64,000 nucleotides of DNA from contig JBAZYP010000009.1 in the NCBI GenBank assembly GCA_041659265.1, positions 12,201 to 76,200 on the forward strand. Reading direction: 5' to 3'. The translations under genes and the position numbers were made by a program. Positions 57,717-64,000 of this stretch are shown piece by piece; the stretch's first letter is position 1, and every line of letters begins with the position of its first letter. A model generated the notes under the pieces. The model worked only from the letters and a program-made list of their open reading frames with translations, was not told the DNA's origin and searched no databases. The stretch comes from Candidatus Pacearchaeota archaeon (GTDB lineage: Archaea > Nanobdellota > Nanobdellia > Pacearchaeales > GW2011-AR1).

Positions 57717-59932
57717 AAAAATTAATTTTAATTTTGTTATTAGTATTTTTAACAATAAATTTTGTTTTTTCACAATCACAAACCGTTGTTCTTGATTATA
57801 ACTATAATAATATCACTAGATTTGAAAAATCAATCAATTATCCTGATTTTCTTTTGAAAGTTATAACTGAAAATAATTCTATATGTAAATATAGTGTTAA
57901 TCGCGACATTAATTATATTGATATGGAAGGAAGTTTTGAAACTAATACCGAGAAGATTCATGAAAAAAGTTTTGTATCCTTGTCAGAAGGAGTTACAAGG
58001 TATTTCATAAAATGTATATTTTTATATAATAACTCTTTTGAACCTTCTCAAAATGAATTATTATTAAGGGTCAATTCTTATGTAACAGGAAAAATAACTT
58101 TATCTAGGGAGTCTCCATTAAAATCTGGTCAAGTAGAAGTTAGTTTAACTACCTCTAAAATAATTTCACAAACTCCTATTTTAAGTTATTCATTTGATGG
58201 AATTACTTATAATGATCTTCCTTTGGTTGGATCTCAAAAGAATTGGAAAGGTTATTTAATGATTCCAAAAAATGCTGGAGAAACATTATTATCTTTTAAA
58301 TTCAGTGCAAGTGATCTTGAAGGAAGGCAAGGTCAAGAGATTACTTCTGGCAAGGTTTTTGTTATTGATACTATTAAACCTAAGATGGTTTCATATATTG
58401 ATGCTGAAAGTGAAGAAGGAAGAATAAAGTTAGAATGGTATTATGATGAAGATTTTAAGGAATTTAGAATTTTTAGGTCAAATTCTCCGAATTCTGATTA
58501 TACTAATTTTTATAAGATAATTGACGGTACTTCTTTTTATGACACTCTTGTAGATAAGGGAAAAACTTATTATTACAGGGTTTCGCCTGTTGACGAGGCT
58601 GGAAATGAGGGAGAATTATCTAAAGAAGTATTAGCAACTGCACTACTTCCAAATAATTTACAAACAAATCTTAATGGGGCTATTGGATTAAATCCTGAAT
58701 TATTAGGATTTGTAGATAATTTTATTGTTGAAATAGATTCAGTAATTTCTGATTTAGAGAGTATTAAAGAAAATGTTTTAACTAAACCAGAAAAAGATAA
58801 GTCTTTATTTAATGAATTGCAATTGGATAAAGATCTTGAAACTTCCAAGTTGGAATTATCTAATTTAAGAAAAGATATTGAAAGATTTAAATCTCAAGAT
58901 CTTAAATTAGATGAACTTAATAAGAAAATAGATTCGTCTAGGCTAAAATTAAATGTTATAAAAAGAAAGATTCCTGAAAGTTTTGCTGTTATAAATGAAA
59001 ATGAAGAAGAGAATACATTTGATGAAAAAGAAACTAATGAAATTTTACTTGAATTATATCCTACTTTTTCACAAAAGGAAATCGAAAGGAGTTTAAAAGC
59101 TACAAAAGATATTATTAAAGAATCAGGATATCAGGTAAAAAGTTATTATTATATTCTTAATATTATTTATCTTGATGGAACTAAAAAAGAGATTTCTTTA
59201 ATTAAAAGAGATATAACTTCCCAATTGACTAGAAAGGATAATTATACTTTTATTGAATATATTCCAAAGGATGTAGCTGAAAGCACTTCTGAAATTCAGA
59301 TAAAAACTCTTGGATACGGGATTGTAAAAGAGGATCCAATAATATCTTTTGGAACAGATACAAAACAAATAATTTATATTATAAATAAAAAATCCAATTT
59401 AGATCTTATTAAGAATACTAAATTTTATTTAATAAATATTCCAATAAACTCTGAGGAATCAAATTTAGGTTTTGATATAACTGGATATTTTTTATTAGAT
59501 TATGATAAAAAAAGCTACTTTGGAATAGTTATTGCAACATTATTCTTGTCTTCTTTAATAATTTACTTTTTTTATTTAAAATATAAGGGAAAGAATAATA
59601 ATCTTGATGAAGTATATAAAAAATTAGACTTATTGGATTATCTTCTTGAATTAAAGGATGAATATAAAGCTGAAATTTCCTATAGGGATATTAATAATGA
59701 TTATATAAAATTAAGTTCAAAAGAGAAAGAAAAGTTATATCCAAAAATAGAGAAATTGAGGGAAAGAATCTTAATTTTAAAATTAAAAAAAGGGATAATT
59801 GAATTAAATAAAAATAAAGATTTTGAAAAATTCAAAAACTTAGAAAAAATATTTAATAGTTTAAGCATTGAATCAAGAAAAGAAATTTCTCCTTATTTTT
59901 ATAAATTAAAAAAGAACTTTGAAAATATATGA
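57713..59932 (+). CDS. Surface protein: FN3-like domain, coiled coil, TM, cytoplasmic helical repeat tail
   Basis: SEEGRIKLEWYYDEDFKEFRIFRSNSPNSDYTNFYKI...YYYRVSPVDEAGNEG; TM FGIVIATLFLSSLIIYFFYL; 4-nt overlap with the upstream gene. Confidence 0.8.
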   Translation: MKKLILILLLVFLTINFVFSQSQTVVLDYNYNNITRFEKSINYPDFLLKVITENNSICKYSVNRDINYIDMEGSFETNTEKIHEKSFVSLSEGVTRYFIKCIFLYNNSFEPSQNELLLRVNSYVTGKITLSRESPLKSGQVEVSLTTSKIISQTPILSYSFDGITYNDLPLVGSQKNWKGYLMIPKNAGETLLSFKFSASDLEGRQGQEITSGKVFVIDTIKPKMVSYIDAESEEGRIKLEWYYDEDFKEFRIFRSNSPNSDYTNFYKIIDGTSFYDTLVDKGKTYYYRVSPVDEAGNEGELSKEVLATALLPNNLQTNLNGAIGLNPELLGFVDNFIVEIDSVISDLESIKENVLTKPEKDKSLFNELQLDKDLETSKLELSNLRKDIERFKSQDLKLDELNKKIDSSRLKLNVIKRKIPESFAVINENEEENTFDEKETNEILLELYPTFSQKEIERSLKATKDIIKESGYQVKSYYYILNIIYLDGTKKEISLIKRDITSQLTRKDNYTFIEYIPKDVAESTSEIQIKTLGYGIVKEDPIISFGTDTKQIIYIINKKSNLDLIKNTKFYLINIPINSEESNLGFDITGYFLLDYDKKSYFGIVIATLFLSSLIIYFFYLKYKGKNNNLDEVYKKLDLLDYLLELKDEYKAEISYRDINNDYIKLSSKEKEKLYPKIEKLRERILILKLKKGIIELNKNKDFEKFKNLEKIFNSLSIESRKEISPYFYKLKKNFENI

Positions 59933-60246
59933 TGAAATTAATAATATTTTCCTTTTTATTAGTATTTTTTTTAGGATTAATTAGTGTTTCATCCTCTGAT
60001 ATTATTAAAATGAATTTAAATGAGGGTAAAAATAATCTGCATATAACCTCTGAAAAAGAATTTTTTGTTAAAGATTTAATTTTATTAAATCCGGATATAG
60101 AAGTTATTTCTTATATTAATGGAAATAGGACAATAGGATATATTAATATTTTTGGAGGGATAGGAGAGAATTTTTTAATAAGGAATGATATAAATTATGA
60201 GATTATCAGTAAAAGTGATGCTGAAATTATTTTTCCTTTAAATTAA
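59929..60246 (+). CDS. Small secreted protein
   Basis: Signal peptide LIIFSFLLVFFLGLISVSSS; 4-nt overlap with the upstream gene. Confidence 0.6.
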   Translation: MMKLIIFSFLLVFFLGLISVSSSDIIKMNLNEGKNNLHITSEKEFFVKDLILLNPDIEVISYINGNRTIGYINIFGGIGENFLIRNDINYEIISKSDAEIIFPLN

Positions 60247-60247
60247 G

Positions 60248-61513
60248 ATGAAAAAAAAATATTTTTTTCAAAAATTTAAAAATAATGAAATTAAAAGAAA
60301 TATTTTAATTAATAAATATTTTATTTCATTTATATTTAATATTTTTTTAATTTATTTTTTTATAACTTCTATAAGTGCGGCTCATTATATTGTTGGTTAT
60401 GTTAATAATTCAAGGGGAGGAATACAAGCAGATAATCATACTATTCTAATATGGAATCCCCTAGTTGGATTAGAGGATAATTTGACTGAAATTATTGGAA
60501 TTTCTGGAAGTTCTGGAGTTAGAAATGTTTATATGATTGATTGTGAAATGCTAAATAATTCTTGCAAGGTAGGAGATATAATTAATATTCAAGTCATAGA
60601 TAATGGCGATGGGTATTTTAGTAATCAAACTTATGTTAATATAACTGGTGCTGGATTTGATAGTGCACAAAATCTTTTTTTAATAACTCAAATGAATATT
60701 AGTTCAATAATTGTAGATGATTTTTTATCTAGTCCTTCTAATGAAATTGATTTACTTGCTGCAACAAATCAAACAGTAAATTGTGAGGCAATTATTGTTG
60801 GTTTAGATGGGGCCTCATTATTCAATATAAGTTCACAATTTTTTAATGATAATTTATCTTTTTATGGGGATAGCAATGATAATAATATCCATTATACCAA
60901 TAATAGTTGTTTTATTAATCAAAGTTATAATGGCAGTCATACAAAAAAGATTATTTGTTCATTTCCAGTTCAATATTATTCAAATAGTGGAAATTGGAGT
61001 TGCAGGATAAATATTATGAATAATTATTCAATTGAAACAAATAATTCAGATAACACTTTTATAAATACTTTGCTAGCTATAGGAGTAGATTCGCCTGTTG
61101 ATTATGGAGAATTTAATATTGGCAGTGTAACTGATGAAAAACAAATCGATATAATTAATTATGGCAATCAAGTCGCTAATTTAAGTTTAAAAGGATATGG
61201 CCAAATTGAAGGGGATGGATTTTCTATGATCTGCAATGGAAGTGGCAGCAATAATCTAAGCGTTTATCATGAAAAATATAACCTAACACAATCTAATTTT
61301 GGAGAAATTACTTTAAATCAAATGGAAAATATATACAAAAACTTAACAAGCGAAAGTGTAATTAATAGTTTTAATATTAAAATTAGAGAAAATGATTTGT
61401 TTAATGATGCAATAAATTCTTCTTATTGGAGAATGTATGTGCCCATTGGTGCTTTTAGTGGATCTTGTCAAGGAAATTTAATATTTGGAGCAGTAATTGC
61501 TCCAGGAGAATAA
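60248..61513 (+). CDS. Secreted/surface protein, N-terminal paralog of the 44582-46465 product
   Basis: AAHYIVGYVNNSRGG...HTILIWNPLVGLEDNLTEIIGISG...CEMLNNSCKVGDII vs SHYITGYVHDS...QVILWNPIIGMQENISDIIGINGN...CELLNNSCKIGDIF. Confidence 0.8.
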   Translation: MKKKYFFQKFKNNEIKRNILINKYFISFIFNIFLIYFFITSISAAHYIVGYVNNSRGGIQADNHTILIWNPLVGLEDNLTEIIGISGSSGVRNVYMIDCEMLNNSCKVGDIINIQVIDNGDGYFSNQTYVNITGAGFDSAQNLFLITQMNISSIIVDDFLSSPSNEIDLLAATNQTVNCEAIIVGLDGASLFNISSQFFNDNLSFYGDSNDNNIHYTNNSCFINQSYNGSHTKKIICSFPVQYYSNSGNWSCRINIMNNYSIETNNSDNTFINTLLAIGVDSPVDYGEFNIGSVTDEKQIDIINYGNQVANLSLKGYGQIEGDGFSMICNGSGSNNLSVYHEKYNLTQSNFGEITLNQMENIYKNLTSESVINSFNIKIRENDLFNDAINSSYWRMYVPIGAFSGSCQGNLIFGAVIAPGE

Positions 61514-62598
61514 TGTTAGAAATAATTTATTTAATCAATAGCATTGTAACCTTAATTATATTTTTTATTTTATTAAAGGGCTATTTTATAGATAAAGCTA
61601 AAAAACATATACAAAGAGTTGTAAATGTCCTTTTTGGAATTTCATTAATTTATTTTATATTATTTTTGTATTCAAGTTTATGGTATTTTGAGATATTAGA
61701 ATATTCTTTAGAAGATTTTTTATTAATAAATACTTTGATGAACGTAATTCAAACATTACTTTTATTCAGGATAGTTTATTTATTAAATCAAAATAAAAAT
61801 CTCTTTTATTTATTATTTTTTTATGTTATTGGACTTTTATCAGTATTTTCTTCAATAATTAACTTTTATAATATTTTTTTAATAATTTCTTATCTATTAA
61901 CTTTAGCATTATTATTAGTATTAGGGGCCTCAATAGGAATTGTAAAAAAATCTTCAAATTATGGGATTGCATATTCTTGCATTTCTTTAATTTTATTATT
62001 ATTTTCTATGTATTTTCCAAATCTAATTTTTTTATTTTCAATATTTTCAAATATTTTGTTTTTATTATTTATTTATAATTTTATAAAAATTTTGGATAAA
62101 TGTCCTGTTGTTTATCATGACTCAAGGTATAAGAAGAAACATTATATATTTATTTTTTTAAGATATTTGACCTTTGTTATAACAATAACTAATTTGGTAT
62201 TTATAGGAACTCTAGCTGTTCATGAGTTTGGACATTTTTCAGTAGCTAAATTATATGGTTGTGAATATAGCAAGATAATCTATGAATCAGATATGCCTTA
62301 TACTGAAACTTTTTGCAAAATGGATTCAAAAAATAATCTATTATTTGGGGGGATATTTCTGCCATTTTTAATTGGATTTATATTATTTATAGTAGGGGGA
62401 TTAGTTATAAGGGATATATCTCTATTAATAATTGGATTTAATCTCATTGTTTCAACTAAAGATTTTATTGAATTGGGTCTAACTGAAAATATCATATTAA
62501 TCTCCATAATTGCAGGCGTTTTATTTTTAATAACCGGGATAGTAATGTTAGCTAAATCAAGAACAGAGGATTATATGCATATAGTCTTTGATTTATGA
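61513..62598 (+). CDS. Multi-TM membrane metalloprotease-like protein (M50 / site-2 protease-like)
   Basis: LAVHEFGHFSVAKLYGCEYSKI within multiple TM helices; start at 61513 (TAATG overlap) is more likely than 61465. Confidence 0.65.
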   Translation: MLEIIYLINSIVTLIIFFILLKGYFIDKAKKHIQRVVNVLFGISLIYFILFLYSSLWYFEILEYSLEDFLLINTLMNVIQTLLLFRIVYLLNQNKNLFYLLFFYVIGLLSVFSSIINFYNIFLIISYLLTLALLLVLGASIGIVKKSSNYGIAYSCISLILLLFSMYFPNLIFLFSIFSNILFLLFIYNFIKILDKCPVVYHDSRYKKKHYIFIFLRYLTFVITITNLVFIGTLAVHEFGHFSVAKLYGCEYSKIIYESDMPYTETFCKMDSKNNLLFGGIFLPFLIGFILFIVGGLVIRDISLLIIGFNLIVSTKDFIELGLTENIILISIIAGVLFLITGIVMLAKSRTEDYMHIVFDL

Positions 62599-62707
62599 AA
62601 AAAATAATGATTTTGAGGTATGTATTTTATTCAATATATATCTATTTAAATGGAGAATTTTCAAGATATTTATGAAAAAAGAATGGTAATATAAAAGGGT
62701 GTATAAA

Positions 62708-64000
62708 ATGAATAAAAAGAGCATGGCTAGAGCAGGTTTAATCTTAATAGTAATTCTCTTATTTTTCTTAATAATTTTTGTAATACCCAAAGTTAGTCCT
62801 GCCGCAATACAAGTAAAAGAGATTTATATTTTAGGTGAAAAATTTGAGCTTGATTTAACAAATAAGCCTTGGGCGAAAATAAAAGTATATACTCCTTCAA
62901 AACAGGTTTTAAATTCTCTTTCAAATCAGAAGAGATTTATATTCAGGCCTTGGGAAACAGGGGAATATAAGGTAGAAGTTGTTTATAATGGAAAAAAAGA
63001 AAATTATAATTTTAAGGTTGTAAGTAATTTAACAGAAAATGTTTCAGAAACTCTTTTTATAATTGATCCAACAAAAATTATTGATCTTAATGTTGAAAGT
63101 ACAAATTCCAGTTTTTTAAAAATAGGTAGGCCTATTGTTTTAATGGATGAAGCAAAGGTGATAACCGGAGTTGAAAAGAAAATAGAAATTCCAGAAAGCA
63201 GTAATATTTCTGTATATCATATGATAGGAAATGAGAAAAAAGTTTTTTTAGATTTTGAATTAAAGAATAATAATGATGGAACAAATTCTGTAATTATTGA
63301 TGGTATTGCTGGTAATTTTCAAGTAGAATATTCTTTAGCTGCTCCTGAAAAAGTTGAAAAAGTGATAAGTGAAGAAAAAAAAGAAGTTACTATCTATACT
63401 CCAAATGGTCTTGGATATCAAAATGTTACAGCATTTACATATCTAAAGGAGTTTTCAAAATCAAAAGAAAATCTTCAAATTTATTGGAAAGAAGAAGAGA
63501 GATATCTTGATTTTACTCCTTATGATAAAAATAATAATGGTTTTATTGATTATATAGAATGGATAGTTCCTCACTTATCTAATCAGACTTTTGAAATAAT
63601 TTATATTATAAAAGCTGAACATTTAAATTCTACAAGAGATTTTGTTGAAGAAATCTATCCTTTTGTTAAAGATAGAGATTATTTATTTAAAGAAATATTA
63701 ATAAATCATTATATTAGAGTTACTTTTGAAAAATTACTTGATTCAACTAAAGATATAACAATATATGCAAAAAGCAATAATTCTGGAAGAGTTGAAGTTT
63801 ATAATAAAGATAGCAATACTAAAATAGCAGATTTTGGAATAATAAATGAAGATAATAAATATCGGATTTTATTGAATAATTTAACTTTACCTTCAGATAC
63901 ATTTGATTTAAAGATAATAAATGGAAGTGTATTTTTTGATCAAATAATTGATCCTTCTGTTTCGATTAATGTTCCTGGTTCAATTGTTTATGGTCAAAGT
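62708..64000 (+). CDS. Large surface protein, 3' truncated by window edge
   Basis: Manually translated open frame of 431 codons with no stop: MNKKSMARAGLILIVILLFFLIIFVIPKVSPAAIQVKEIYILGEKFELDLTNK...DFTPYDKNNNGFIDYIEWIVPHLSNQTFEI... Confidence 0.8.
   Translation, partial: MNKKSMARAGLILIVILLFFLIIFVIPKVSPAAIQVKEIYILGEKFELDLTNKPWAKIKVYTPSKQVLNSLSNQKRFIFRPWETGEYKVEVVYNGKKENYNFKVVSNLTENVSETLFIIDPTKIIDLNVESTNSSFLKIGRPIVLMDEAKVITGVEKKIEIPESSNISVYHMIGNEKKVFLDFELKNNNDGTNSVIIDGIAGNFQVEYSLAAPEKVEKVISEEKKEVTIYTPNGLGYQNVTAFTYLKEFSKSKENLQIYWKEEERYLDFTPYDKNNNGFIDYIEWIVPHLSNQTFEIIYIIKAEHLNSTRDFVEEIYPFVKDRDYLFKEILINHYIRVTFEKLLDSTKDITIYAKSNNSGRVEVYNKDSNTKIADFGIINEDNKYRILLNNLTLPSDTFDLKIINGSVFFDQIIDPSVSINVPGSIVYGQS

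Noticed and set aside
58573-58848. ORF 91 aa (-)
   Set aside because: Antisense inside the 57713 surface protein gene
62593-62790. ORF 65 aa (-)
   Set aside because: Overlaps the strongly supported start and ribosome-binding site of the 62708 surface protein gene on the other strand
32110-64000. Whole island considered as an integrated virus or plasmid
   Set aside because: No integrase, capsid, terminase, relaxase or replication-initiation gene recognised, and composition looks similar to the rest of the window by eye

Overview
AT-rich archaeal window, most likely from a DPANN (Woesearchaeota/Pacearchaeota-like) genome. Lineage is inferred from gene content, not proven. The left half (about 1-31.9 kb) mixes three things. 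First, a type IV pilin-like cluster with a prepilin peptidase. Second, archaeal information-processing genes: aEF1B, RPA, RadA, endonuclease Q, aIF2-alpha, S27e, a DHH/RecJ-like protein, S15, Bud32, SRP54, FtsY and GINS. Third, large secreted or surface proteins, tRNA-Gln(TTG), tRNA-Thr(TGT), DAHP synthase and Ndk. The right half (about 32-64 kb) is an almost continuous cell-envelope island. It has two paralogous membrane-anchored HerA/VirB4-type ATPases with large predicted extracellular regions, each followed by a small helical protein with a similar C-terminus. Around them lie ectodomain-TM-helical-tail proteins, SpoIIM- and M50-family membrane proteins, a CWB2-like protein, several small regulators, and a family of secreted proteins that appears to share a domain with the ectodomain of the second ATPase. 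This island is the best candidate for an undescribed system. Other notable points: RadA needs a 1-nt frameshift correction to reach its start codon; the DHH and HIT proteins have degenerate catalytic motifs; there is a SET-domain protein and a CAP-domain protein; a juxtamembrane [IF]TG-hydrophobic motif recurs; and there are several structured intergenic elements. All calls come from reading the sequence and ORF translations; no searches were run.
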